From the NCBI GenBank assembly GCA_039816785.1, contig JBCBXB010000016.1, positions 4,784 through 68,783 of the forward strand: 64,000 nucleotides of DNA. The letters are read 5' to 3'. Below, one piece after another: positions 1-8,809 of the stretch (positions are counted from its first letter, which is position 1; every line of letters begins with the position of its first letter). Made by a program: the position numbers and the translations under genes. The stretch is from Pseudomonadota bacterium. Its GTDB lineage: Bacteria; Pseudomonadota; Alphaproteobacteria; Rhodobacterales; Rhodobacteraceae. The notes under the pieces are model-generated. The model ran no database searches. It was not told the origin of the DNA and saw only the letters and a program-made list of their open reading frames with translations.

Positions 1-126
1 GCCGCCGGTGCGTGCCTCGCCGAGATGTTGATCGACCGTATCCAGAACCCTTCGGCCCCGCCGGCAACGCGGCTATGGGAAGCGGAGTTCGTGGTGGGCG
101 CGTCCACTGGACCCTGTCCGGGCTAG
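1..126 (+). CDS. 3' end of a gene truncated by the window edge; C-terminus weakly resembles a LacI/PurR-family regulator
   Basis: Frame 1 is open from base 1 to TAG at 124-126 (AAGACLAEMLIDRIQNPSAPPATRLWEAEFVVGAST...). It is absent from the ORF track because no start lies in the window. The family call rests on weak motif resemblance only. Confidence 0.3.
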   Translation, partial: AAGACLAEMLIDRIQNPSAPPATRLWEAEFVVGASTGPCPG

Positions 127-1232
127 CCCATCCAGCGGCGCGGATCGACGGCCTGACCGGTGCGAATACTCTCCTGCGCCGCGATCCCCATCGCCACAGC
201 AGCCCAGCCATCGGTCAGCGACACGTCTGGCGCGGCGCGCGCCCCGCGCACCAGTTCCGCGAATTGCTGATGTTGGTAAAAGGTTGAGCCGTTGTGATCT
301 CCGGCCTCCAGCAGGGTTGGGTCCACGGGGATGTCATGCACCACGGGTCCCTTCGGGTTGCGCGGGCTGCTGATCAGCTTGGCCACCGGCGCAGGGCCCA
401 GCGTGTCGGGCCAGAACCGGCCCGGGCCGGGCACAAACGCCTCGATCTTGCCTGCGGGGCCGACGGCTGACAGCTCTTCCTGATAGGTGCTGCCTTCGGC
501 GAACATGCACAGCTCGAGCATAGCGCGTGCCCCGTTGTCAAAGTCGGCAATCACATAACCGCTGTCGATGATGTCCGGCACCTCCCCGTCATATCGTTCG
601 TCCAGATGGTTCACCACCTGCCCGCCGCTGGCCATGATCCGCACCGGCTCTGCCCCCAGCGCGTGACGCATCAGGTCAAAGAAGTGGCAGCATTTCTCGA
701 CAAAGGTGCCGCCGGTGTAACGGTTGAACCGGTTCCAGTCGCCGACCTTTTCGAGAAAGGGAAACCGGTGCTCGCGGATGCTCAGCTGGGTGATCCCGCC
801 CGTCTCGGACGGGGCGCGGTCCAGAAACGTGGCGATGACGGGCATATAGCGGTATTCCATCGCGACCCAGATGGGCGCGGGGTAGCTGTCGCGGAAATCT
901 GCCAGCGCCTGTGCATCATCGGGGTCCGTAAACAGCGGCTTTTCCACCAGCAGGGGCAGGGGACGCGTCGCCGCGATCTCCTGCATCTGGGCGACATGGC
1001 AGTTGTTGGGGCTGACGATCAGCAGACAGTCCAGCCCGTCGACCGCCAGCAGATCGGCGAGCGAGGTAGCAGAATGCGCCTCGGGCACAAGCGCGCGGGC
1101 CTCGGCGGCCATACCGGCATCCGGTTCGAAATAGGCGGCGACGCGGCAACCATCGAGCAGGGCAATGTTGCGCATATGCTCCTGCCCCATCATGCCGCAG
1201 CCGATGATGCCGTAGCGGACCTCCTGTGTCAT
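123..1232 (-). CDS. Gfo/Idh/MocA-family NAD(P)-dependent oxidoreductase
   Basis: 369 aa ORF. The N-terminal Rossmann motif VRYGIIGCGMMGQEHMRNI and the EKP motif (LLVEKPL) are typical of the family. Confidence 0.85.
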   Translation of the reverse strand: MTQEVRYGIIGCGMMGQEHMRNIALLDGCRVAAYFEPDAGMAAEARALVPEAHSATSLADLLAVDGLDCLLIVSPNNCHVAQMQEIAATRPLPLLVEKPLFTDPDDAQALADFRDSYPAPIWVAMEYRYMPVIATFLDRAPSETGGITQLSIREHRFPFLEKVGDWNRFNRYTGGTFVEKCCHFFDLMRHALGAEPVRIMASGGQVVNHLDERYDGEVPDIIDSGYVIADFDNGARAMLELCMFAEGSTYQEELSAVGPAGKIEAFVPGPGRFWPDTLGPAPVAKLISSPRNPKGPVVHDIPVDPTLLEAGDHNGSTFYQHQQFAELVRGARAAPDVSLTDGWAAVAMGIAAQESIRTGQAVDPRRWMG

Positions 1233-1244
1233 CGCGCGCGTTCC

Positions 1245-1955
1245 TTACTTCAGTCGTTGCACGTAAACTGCGGTGCCCGGATCGAACCAGGTCCGCGAAA
1301 ATTCTATCGGTGCGGGGCGATCTGCCCAGCTGAGCCGTTCGATATACCCCACCGTGTCGCCCGGACGCGAGCCGTAGGTGGCCGGAGCCCAGCCGGGAAC
1401 AGGACCCAACGACACCCGGTCTTCGGCTCGGGTGATCCAGAGGCCCAGCGATTTGCGGTAGGTGGCATATAGCGATTCGGACATCGTGCCTTGGTCGATG
1501 ATTCCGGCGTCCGCATCCAGCCAGATTTCCTCGACCGCGATGATTGTTTCATTCAGACGCCGCAGGCGCCGGATACGCGTCCCCCGGCGAGAGGTGCCAA
1601 AGGCGGGCAGGTCGGCGGGCTTGTCCATCGGCGCCACATCCAGCACATGCGCCCGGGGCAGGCCGCCGCCCTCGAGCAGTTCCAGCCGGAACATCGCATA
1701 GACCGTTCCGGTGTCGCCGCTGGCGCGGATATAGTTGCCCGACCCCTGCACGCGCTCGACCAGCCCCTTGTCGGTCATGGCCGCAAGTGCCTTGCGCAAT
1801 GTGCCGACGCTCACCCCAAGCTCACTGGCCATGTCGCGTTCCGGCGGCAGCCGTTCGCCATCAATGAGCCGCCCGGCGACGATGTCGCGGGTCAGCAGCT
1901 CGGCGATCTGCACGTAGATCGGCAGCGCTTGCGGAGAATTGGCGTGGTCAGTCAC
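1245..1955 (-). CDS. GntR/HutC-family transcriptional regulator (winged HTH plus UTRA-like effector domain)
   Basis: 236 aa. The segment PLYVQIAELL...GERLPPERDMASELGVSVGTLRKAL is the classic GntR HTH. GTG start at 1955. Divergent from the monooxygenase operon. Confidence 0.85.
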   Translation of the reverse strand: MTDHANSPQALPIYVQIAELLTRDIVAGRLIDGERLPPERDMASELGVSVGTLRKALAAMTDKGLVERVQGSGNYIRASGDTGTVYAMFRLELLEGGGLPRAHVLDVAPMDKPADLPAFGTSRRGTRIRRLRRLNETIIAVEEIWLDADAGIIDQGTMSESLYATYRKSLGLWITRAEDRVSLGPVPGWAPATYGSRPGDTVGYIERLSWADRPAPIEFSRTWFDPGTAVYVQRLK

Positions 1956-1983
1956 GTGGTGTTATGGGACACATCGAGTAGAA

Positions 1984-2001
1984 ATTGATACACCATTGAT
2001 C
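1984..2001. promoter_or_regulatory. Candidate operator in the AT-rich divergent promoter region: direct repeat ATTGATA / ATTGATC spaced 11 bp
   Basis: The 78-bp intergenic region 1956-2033 is markedly AT-rich. ATTGAT occurs at 1984 and 1995. There is no experimental or comparative support. Confidence 0.25.
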
Positions 2002-2033
2002 TACATCATAGCCAATGCTACGCAAGACCTAAC

Positions 2034-3218
2034 TTGCCCACCCCGAACGAGGTCCATACGGACATGACTGTTGTCCCCATCACTTCTCCCGATCTCGACG
2101 CCGCAGAGGTGTCATGGTTTTCCGCGCTGTGCTCGGATGACTACCAGTTTCTCGGGGTGCCCGAGGGTGATCTGCGGTCCAGCTGGGCGCATTGCTCGGA
2201 CATCGTGAAGGAGGCGGAGCGCCAGGGCTTTCGCAACATCCTGTGTCCTTCGTCCTATCAGGTCGGGCAGGACACGCTCAGCTTTGTCGCGGGCTGCGCA
2301 CCGATCACGGACAAGATCAACCTGCTGGCCGCCGTGCGCTGCGGTGAAATGCAGCCGATCATGCTCGCGCGCACCATCGCCACACTGGATCACATGTTGC
2401 AGGGACGGTTGACGGTCAACATCATCTCGTCCGACTTTCCTGGCGAAAAGGCCGACAGCGACTTCCGCTACCAGCGCTCGCGCGAGGTGGTGGAGATCCT
2501 GAAACAGGCCTGGACCCGGGACGAGATCAATTACGAAGGCGAGGTGTACAACTTTGCCGGCGTGACCACGGACCCGGCGCGGCCCTATCAGACGGGTGGC
2601 CCACTGCTCTACTTCGGCGGCTACTCGCCTTCGGCGTTGGAGCTGTGCGGGCAGCATTGCGACGTCTACCTGATGTGGCCCGAACCGATGGAGAACCTGC
2701 AAGGCCGCATGCGCGACGTGAACGCGGTGGCCGAAAAATACGACCGCACGCTGGATTACGGTCTGCGCGTGCACATGATCGTCCGCGACACCGAGGCCGA
2801 GGCGCGCGAATACGCGGACCACATCGTGTCCAAGCTGGACGATGAATACGGTCAGTTGATCCGCGACCGGGCGCTGGACAGCACATCGCTCGGCGTGGCG
2901 CATCAGGCCAAGGCGCGCGAGCTGGCGGACAAATACGGCTATGTGGAGCCGGGCTTGTGGACGGGGGTGGGGCGTGCGCGGTCGGGATGTGGTGCAGCCC
3001 TTGTCGGTTCCACCGATCAGGTCATGTCCAAAATCGAAGAGTACCAAAAGATGGGCATTCGCGCCTTCATCTTCTCCGGCTACCCGCATATCGACGAGGC
3101 GAAACATTTCGGCGCGCGCGTTCTGCCGCACTTGAAAACCTGTTCGCTGCCCCATGCTTATGGCCGGGTGCCCGCAGCGGCCCCCGCCACACCCCTTGCC
3201 GCAGGAGAGCGCCGCTGA
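2034..3218 (+). CDS. LLM-class (luciferase-like) FMNH2-dependent monooxygenase, SsuD/alkanesulfonate-monooxygenase-like
   Basis: 394 aa, collinear by eye with SsuD-family proteins (LLYFGGYSP..., LWTGVGRARSGCGAALVGSTDQV..., FIFSGYPHIDEA). TTG start at 2034; an ATG at 2064 is an alternative start. Confidence 0.85.
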   Translation: MPTPNEVHTDMTVVPITSPDLDAAEVSWFSALCSDDYQFLGVPEGDLRSSWAHCSDIVKEAERQGFRNILCPSSYQVGQDTLSFVAGCAPITDKINLLAAVRCGEMQPIMLARTIATLDHMLQGRLTVNIISSDFPGEKADSDFRYQRSREVVEILKQAWTRDEINYEGEVYNFAGVTTDPARPYQTGGPLLYFGGYSPSALELCGQHCDVYLMWPEPMENLQGRMRDVNAVAEKYDRTLDYGLRVHMIVRDTEAEAREYADHIVSKLDDEYGQLIRDRALDSTSLGVAHQAKARELADKYGYVEPGLWTGVGRARSGCGAALVGSTDQVMSKIEEYQKMGIRAFIFSGYPHIDEAKHFGARVLPHLKTCSLPHAYGRVPAAAPATPLAAGERR

Positions 3219-4108
3219 TGGATCGCGTCACACTCGCACCGAAACTGGAAATGTCGCGCATCGTCTATGGCATGTGGCGGCTGGGCGATGATGTCGACAC
3301 ATCCGTCGCGCATGTGCAGGCCAAGATCCACGCCTGCCTCGATCAGGGGATCACCACCTTTGACCAGGCCGACATCTATGGCGGCTACGTGGCCGAGGCG
3401 ATCCTGGGCGAAGCGCTCAAGGCCGACACCGGCTTGCGCGCAAAGATGGAGATCGTGACCAAGTGCGATATCGTGGCCCCTGTGGGCCGCTATGCCGACG
3501 CGCCGGGCAAGTATTATGACACCAGCCGCGCACACATCCTGCAATCGGTGGAAAACTCGCTGCGCGATATGGCGATTGATCATATCGACCTGCTGCTGAT
3601 CCACCGCCCCGACCCGTTCATGGATCACCATGAAACCGGCGCGGCGCTGGACGAAGTCGTGGCCTCAGGCAAAGTCGGCCATGTCGGTGTGTCGAACTTT
3701 CGCCCTTATGATTGGGAGCTGCTCCAGTCGGGGATGAAGACGCCGCTGATCACCAACCAGATTGAAGTGTCGCTGGGCGAGATCAGCCCGTTTACCAATG
3801 GCGATCTGGCCTTTCACCAGCGTCATGGCCAGCACGTCATGGCGTGGTCGCCGCTGGGTGGCGGCGGCCTCATGACCGGCTCCGGCGCTGTGCAGACCGT
3901 GCTGGACGAGATTGCGGGCGCACAGGGTGTGGACCGGGCCGCGGTGGCGACTGCGTTCCTGCTGGCGCATCCGGCGGGGATCATCCCTGTCATGGGCACC
4001 AACAACATTGACCGGATCAAGAACATCGCCGAGGCCACGCGTGTGACCCTCGACCGACCCACATGGTTTCGCCTTTATGAGGCAGCCCTAGGACACGAGG
4101 TGGCCTGA
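3218..4108 (+). CDS. Aldo/keto reductase
   Basis: Internal ATG at 3218 overlaps the upstream stop (ATGA). 296 aa with AKR motifs (FDQADIYGG, LLLIHRPD, VGVSNF). Confidence 0.85.
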   Translation: MDRVTLAPKLEMSRIVYGMWRLGDDVDTSVAHVQAKIHACLDQGITTFDQADIYGGYVAEAILGEALKADTGLRAKMEIVTKCDIVAPVGRYADAPGKYYDTSRAHILQSVENSLRDMAIDHIDLLLIHRPDPFMDHHETGAALDEVVASGKVGHVGVSNFRPYDWELLQSGMKTPLITNQIEVSLGEISPFTNGDLAFHQRHGQHVMAWSPLGGGGLMTGSGAVQTVLDEIAGAQGVDRAAVATAFLLAHPAGIIPVMGTNNIDRIKNIAEATRVTLDRPTWFRLYEAALGHEVA

Positions 4109-4620
4109 TGACGATGCAAAGCCCTGACCAACCTACGATTTTCACACCGGATGCCGACAGCAGCCGCCAGCTGCGCGACGCCTTTGGCAAATTCGCAACC
4201 GGCGTGACGGTGATCACCGTCCCCAGCGCGGACGGCCCAATCGCCATCGTGGCCAACAGCTTTTCGTCCGTATCGCTCGACCCCGCGCTGGTGCTGTGGT
4301 CGGTGGACAAGGCCGCGCGCCGCTATCCCTATTTCGAGGCGGCCGATCACTATGCCATCCACGTGTTGGCCGCCGAACAACAGGACCTCGGGTCGCTGTG
4401 CGCGCGGGACGCGCATGTCCTTGACCAGCACCCGCACGAGGTCAACGCAGACGGTGTTCCGCTGATTGATCATTGCCTTGCCCGGTTCGAATGCCGCAGG
4501 GTGGCGGCACACGAAGCGGGCGATCACGTGATCATCGTGGGTCAGGTTCAGCGCACGCAGATGCGCGACGGCCAGCCGCTGACTTTCTTTGCCGGGAATT
4601 TCGGCAAACTCGCGCCCTAG
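4108..4620 (+). CDS. NAD(P)H-dependent flavin reductase (flavin_reduct domain, HpaC/SsuE-functional class)
   Basis: 170 aa. The segment FGKFATGVTVITV...IVANSFSSVSLDPALVLWSV is typical. The start overlaps the upstream stop (TGATG). Confidence 0.85.
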   Translation: MTMQSPDQPTIFTPDADSSRQLRDAFGKFATGVTVITVPSADGPIAIVANSFSSVSLDPALVLWSVDKAARRYPYFEAADHYAIHVLAAEQQDLGSLCARDAHVLDQHPHEVNADGVPLIDHCLARFECRRVAAHEAGDHVIIVGQVQRTQMRDGQPLTFFAGNFGKLAP

Positions 4621-4710
4621 GCGCGGCCCAAGACCCGCCCGCGGGGTGAAAGCGGAAAATGGGCCACGGCGGGACGAACCGCCGGGCGACCGACAAAGGG
4701 AGGGCCCGTC

Positions 4711-5295
4711 ATGGGTCTGTTACTGACGGTGCTCGCACCGATCAGCTGGGTGAACGGTGCACTGCTCAAGATTGGGCGGGGCATCGGGATCGCGGCCATC
4801 GCGGCCATGGTCGCGGCGATCCTCATACAGGTGGTGGCGCGCTACGTGTTCAACAACGCCCTGCCTTGGCCGGACGAGGCTGCTCGCTTTTGCATGTTGT
4901 GGATGACTGGCCTGATGGCGCCCACGGCCTTTCGGCGCGGCGGCTTTGTCGCGCTCGATCTGGTGTCGGGGCTGTTGCCCAAGGCGGCCGCGGCTGTGCT
5001 GAGTCTGTTTTTGCTGCTGATCTCGCTGGCCATCCTGGTCGTTGCCCTGCCCATCGGGTTCTCCGAAGTGACCGGATTTGGCGGACGCTTTGCCACCGCC
5101 TCGCTGTATCTGCCCACCTTTGACGGATGGTTCCGTGTGCCGCGCAGCTGGATGATGCTGTCGCTGCTGGTCGGTGTGGTGCTGCTGCTGATGGTCAACA
5201 TCGAGTTGATCCTGCGCAGCATCGTGACGCTGCTGGGCGGCGGGGATCGCCTGCCGGATCTTGATCTGGGCGACATGGCCGCGGGGAGCGAATGA
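4711..5295 (+). CDS. dctQ: TRAP transporter small permease subunit
   Basis: 194 aa with four hydrophobic segments, positioned directly upstream of the large permease. Confidence 0.8.
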   Translation: MGLLLTVLAPISWVNGALLKIGRGIGIAAIAAMVAAILIQVVARYVFNNALPWPDEAARFCMLWMTGLMAPTAFRRGGFVALDLVSGLLPKAAAAVLSLFLLLISLAILVVALPIGFSEVTGFGGRFATASLYLPTFDGWFRVPRSWMMLSLLVGVVLLLMVNIELILRSIVTLLGGGDRLPDLDLGDMAAGSE

Positions 5296-5296
5296 C

Positions 5297-6769
5297 ATGC
5301 TGATCTGGTTCCTGCCGCTGTTCCTACTGTTCCTGATGATCGGCCTGCCGGTGTTCTTTGGCCTGCTCGCAGCGCCCGGTATCCTGCTGTACCTGAACGG
5401 GCAGGAGCGGGACATTACCCTGCTTTACCGAAATGTTTACAACGGAATGGACAGCTTTCCGCTGATGGCGATCCCGTTCTTCATGCTCGCGGGCGAGTTG
5501 ATGAACAAGGGCGGCATCACCATCCGCCTCGTCCAGTTTTCACAGGCGCTGATGGGCCACCTGCGCGGTGGTCTGGCGCAGGTAAACGTGCTGTCGTCGA
5601 TCCTTTTTGCGGGTCTTTCGGGCTCTGCTGTGGCCGACACCTCCGCGCTTGGCTCCATGCTGGTTCCCGCCATGGAGAAGGAGGGCTATACCCGCCGCTA
5701 TGCCGCCGCGATCACTGCCGCAAGCTCGGTCATCGGCCCGATCATCCCGCCCTCGGGCATCATGATCATCTACGCCTACGTGATGGGCGAAAGCGTCGCG
5801 GCGCTGTTCCTTGCCGGGATCGTGCCGGGTGTGCTGGTGGGCGTCGGCCTGATGGTGATGATCCGCATCACCGCCGACCGCTACGACCTGCCCGCGGCGC
5901 ACAAGGTGGAGTTTGACGGCGTCGAACTGGGCGCGTTGGAGCGTTGGACCTCCTTTGTCCTCGTGCGCTTGAACATCGGTCTGCTGCTCTGGGCGTTCCT
6001 GCCGCTGGGCGAGACCTCGGTGCTGATGCTCTGGGGCACGTTCATCGCGGCGGTGCTGGTCGCGCATGCGCTGATGCTGGCCCTGCGCACGCAGGTCAGC
6101 TCGGAATTCCGCACCATCTGCAAACGCGCCATTGTGCCGCTGCAAACGCCCGTGCTGATCCTCGGCGGCATCCTTGGCGGTGTATTTACCCCGACCGAAG
6201 CCGCTGCTGTCGCAGTCGCCTACGCCATCTTTGTCGCGTTCTTTGTTCTGCGCACGATGTCGCTGCGGGACCTGCCGGATATCCTGAGCCGCGCGGGTCT
6301 CACCTCTGCCGTGGTGCTGCTGCTGGTGGGCGCGGCGCTGGCGTTCAAGACCGTCGTGTCGCTCAGCTACGCACCGCAAATCCTCGCGGATTTCATCCTG
6401 ACGCTGTCGGAAAACCCGCTGGTCCTGCTGTTCCTGATCAACCTTCTGCTGTTCATCGTGGGCATGTTCCTCGACGCAGGGCCGGCCATCATCATCCTCG
6501 GCCCCATCCTCGGGCCCATCTTTGTCGATCTGGGCGTCGATCCGATCCACTTTGCCATCATCATGAGCGTGAACCTGACCGTTGGGCTTGCCACGCCGCC
6601 CATGGGGCTGGTGCTGTTCGTGGCCGCCGCTGTCAGTCGCGAAAAGGTGGAAACCATCGCGCGCGCCATTCTGCCATTCCTGGCCATCGAGATCGCGGTG
6701 ATCTTTCTGATCACCTACGTTCCGGCCATTTCCATGACCATTCCCCGCCTCACGGGGTTTGCGAACTAA
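5297..6769 (+). CDS. dctM: TRAP transporter large permease subunit (carries an internal extra hydrophobic insert)
   Basis: ATG at 5297, 2 nt after the dctQ stop. 490 aa polytopic protein with DctM-type motifs (FMLAGELMNKGG, ILGGILGGVFTPTEAAA). Confidence 0.85.
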   Translation: MLIWFLPLFLLFLMIGLPVFFGLLAAPGILLYLNGQERDITLLYRNVYNGMDSFPLMAIPFFMLAGELMNKGGITIRLVQFSQALMGHLRGGLAQVNVLSSILFAGLSGSAVADTSALGSMLVPAMEKEGYTRRYAAAITAASSVIGPIIPPSGIMIIYAYVMGESVAALFLAGIVPGVLVGVGLMVMIRITADRYDLPAAHKVEFDGVELGALERWTSFVLVRLNIGLLLWAFLPLGETSVLMLWGTFIAAVLVAHALMLALRTQVSSEFRTICKRAIVPLQTPVLILGGILGGVFTPTEAAAVAVAYAIFVAFFVLRTMSLRDLPDILSRAGLTSAVVLLLVGAALAFKTVVSLSYAPQILADFILTLSENPLVLLFLINLLLFIVGMFLDAGPAIIILGPILGPIFVDLGVDPIHFAIIMSVNLTVGLATPPMGLVLFVAAAVSREKVETIARAILPFLAIEIAVIFLITYVPAISMTIPRLTGFAN

Positions 6770-6802
6770 GACTTTGAGTTTCAAACGGGAGGACTTACCA
6801 CA

Positions 6803-7861
6803 ATGCTCAAAACGACCCTCAAAACCCTCACGGCTGCGGCGCTGATCGCCGGGTCCGCCGTGATGGCACAGGCGCAGGACTACTCGATCCGCGCCACGGC
6901 CAACTCCAACACCAACGACGAGGACTATGACGGCCTCGTGGTGTTCAAGAACTATGTCGAAGCGGCCTCCAACGGTGCGATCGAGGTGGAACTGTTCATC
7001 GGCACGCAGCTGTGCTCGAACGGCGCCGAATGCCTGCAAGGCGTGGCCGACGGCTCCATCGACGTCTACATTTCCACGTCCGGCGGCGCATCGGGCATCT
7101 TTCCCTATGTGCAGGTCCTCGACCTTCCGTACCTGATGGCCGACGACCGTATCGCTGAACATGTGCTGTCGGGTGATTTCACCCGCACGATGCGCGACAT
7201 GGCGCTGGAAGATTCCGGTGGCGCGATCCGTCTGATGACCATCGGCAACACCGGCGGCTGGCGCAACTTTGCCAACACGCAGCGGCGTGTGGCGGAGCCT
7301 GCCGATATGGACGGGCTGAAGATCCGCACCGTGGTCGCAGACCTGCCGCAGGAACTGGTCAAGGCACTGGGCGCATCCCCGACACCGATCCCGTGGCCCG
7401 AGCTCTTCACCTCGTTCCAGACCGGCGTTGTCGAAGGCTCCAAGAACGGCATCACCGACATCATGGGCATGAAATTCCCCGATGCGGGCCTGCAATATGT
7501 GACGCTCGATGGTCACGCCTACATGGGCGCGCTGTGGTGGATGTCGAACGAGAACTTCATGGCGATGCCCGAAGACATGCGCCGCGTTGTGGTGGATGGG
7601 TTCTATGCGCTGCAGCAGGCCACGTTCGCCTCGCCCAAGCGCAAGTCGATCCAGGCCTATGAGGATTTTGTCGCCGGTGGCGGTGACCTCTATGTGCCGA
7701 CGCCCGAGCAAAAGGCCGCGTTCGCTGCCGCTGCCGCACCGGTCAGCGAGTGGTTCGTGGCCAATGTGGCACGGGGGGATGAGATCCTGAGCGCTCTGAC
7801 TGAGGCGGTTGCCGCCGCCGAAGCGGACGTGAACGCGGCGCGGGCGGCTGACCTGAATTGA
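6803..7861 (+). CDS. dctP: TRAP transporter substrate-binding protein
   Basis: 352 aa with a signal peptide (AGSAVMAQA) and DctP-type fold motifs. Follows dctQM. Confidence 0.85.
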   Translation: MLKTTLKTLTAAALIAGSAVMAQAQDYSIRATANSNTNDEDYDGLVVFKNYVEAASNGAIEVELFIGTQLCSNGAECLQGVADGSIDVYISTSGGASGIFPYVQVLDLPYLMADDRIAEHVLSGDFTRTMRDMALEDSGGAIRLMTIGNTGGWRNFANTQRRVAEPADMDGLKIRTVVADLPQELVKALGASPTPIPWPELFTSFQTGVVEGSKNGITDIMGMKFPDAGLQYVTLDGHAYMGALWWMSNENFMAMPEDMRRVVVDGFYALQQATFASPKRKSIQAYEDFVAGGGDLYVPTPEQKAAFAAAAAPVSEWFVANVARGDEILSALTEAVAAAEADVNAARAADLN

Positions 7862-7866
7862 CGTTT

Positions 7867-7885
7867 GATGGGCAAATTGCCCATC
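7867..7885 (+). repeat. Perfect palindrome GATGGGCAA-A-TTGCCCATC immediately after the dctP stop; a second copy lies after urtA
   Basis: Read directly. The same core (GGATGGGCAAATTGCCCATCCTAC in gene sense) recurs at 28442-28462 on the opposite strand, also just 3' of a binding-protein gene. Confidence 0.6.
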
Positions 7886-7893
7886 CTACGCGA

Positions 7894-7924
7894 GGGCCGT
7901 CCCTGTTGGGGCGGCCTTTTTTGG
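7894..7924 (+). terminator. Rho-independent terminator of the TRAP operon
   Basis: GGCCGTCCC-TGTT-GGGGCGGCC stem-loop followed by TTTTTTGG. Confidence 0.65.
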
Positions 7925-7930
7925 TGTTGA

Positions 7931-8686
7931 TCAGAACCGAAGCACCCAACGCGCGGCAGCCGGAAAGAGACGCGCAAACAAGAGGTTCGGCTGCAGCAGA
8001 AACGGTTTCACAACCTGATACCGTGGCCGCTCAAGCGTGTCGGCGAGCACTTGGGCACAGGTGTCAAGCGACAGGCGGGGAATGGTCTTGGCCAGGGCCG
8101 GGATCTTCTCCGCGGTGCCGGGGTTGTTGTCGAAATAGGGCGACACGATCTCTCCGAATACCACATGGCAGCTGCGCACGCCGGTGCCCACCAAATCCTG
8201 CGACATCCCTTCATGTAGCGCGCGCAGGGCCGCACGTGACGCAGCATAGCCGACACTGGACGGCCACGGCGCGAAACAGGCGGGCGAGTTGACATGCAGG
8301 ACCGTGCCGCTGCCCCTGTTCAGCATCTCGCCCAGAAACGCATGTGTGACGTTGAACGCGGCAAAGTAGGGCGCCTGCATCATCACCATGGCCTCTTGCG
8401 GCATTGTGTCCTGCACCGTCTTCCATTGGCCCGCACCAGCGCTGTTGATGATCGCATCGGGCACGCCCAGCGTGGCGCGCACCGTGTCCGCCATGGCCGC
8501 GACCTGATCCGGGTCGGCGGCATCGCATGGCAGGGCGGTCGCGTTTTCGCCAATCTCGTCCGCCAGCGCGGTCAGCGCATCAGCAGAGCGGGCGACGAGG
8601 GCAACGCGCTTGCCTTTTTGCGACAAGAGGCGCGCAGTTGCGGCCCCCACACCGCTCGACGCACCCGTAATCAGAACCGTATCCAT
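7931..8686 (-). CDS. SDR-family oxidoreductase
   Basis: 251 aa with the TGASSGVG cofactor motif at the N-terminus. Confidence 0.85.
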   Translation of the reverse strand: MDTVLITGASSGVGAATARLLSQKGKRVALVARSADALTALADEIGENATALPCDAADPDQVAAMADTVRATLGVPDAIINSAGAGQWKTVQDTMPQEAMVMMQAPYFAAFNVTHAFLGEMLNRGSGTVLHVNSPACFAPWPSSVGYAASRAALRALHEGMSQDLVGTGVRSCHVVFGEIVSPYFDNNPGTAEKIPALAKTIPRLSLDTCAQVLADTLERPRYQVVKPFLLQPNLLFARLFPAAARWVLRF

Positions 8687-8809
8687 AAACTATCCCCAAT
8701 GCTCATCAAATGGGGCACCCTGACGGGTCGCAGCGGCGTCAGTCAATTCTTAATGAGTAAGGCAGATGCGGACCTGCGCTCTTTCCAACGGCGCGGACAC
8801 CTGCCAAAC

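Noticed and set aside
5540-7711. 723-aa minus-strand ORF antisense to dctM/dctP. Similar very long antisense ORFs lie at 39844-42642, 54417-56591, 35590-37494, 14746-16608, 21713-23659, 25151-26332 and 59332-60846.
   Set aside because: Their composition is Arg/Gly/His/Asp-rich and low-complexity, which is typical of stop-codon-poor antisense frames in high-GC DNA. Each overlaps a gene with clear family motifs on the other strand. None has a ribosome-binding site or recognisable motifs.
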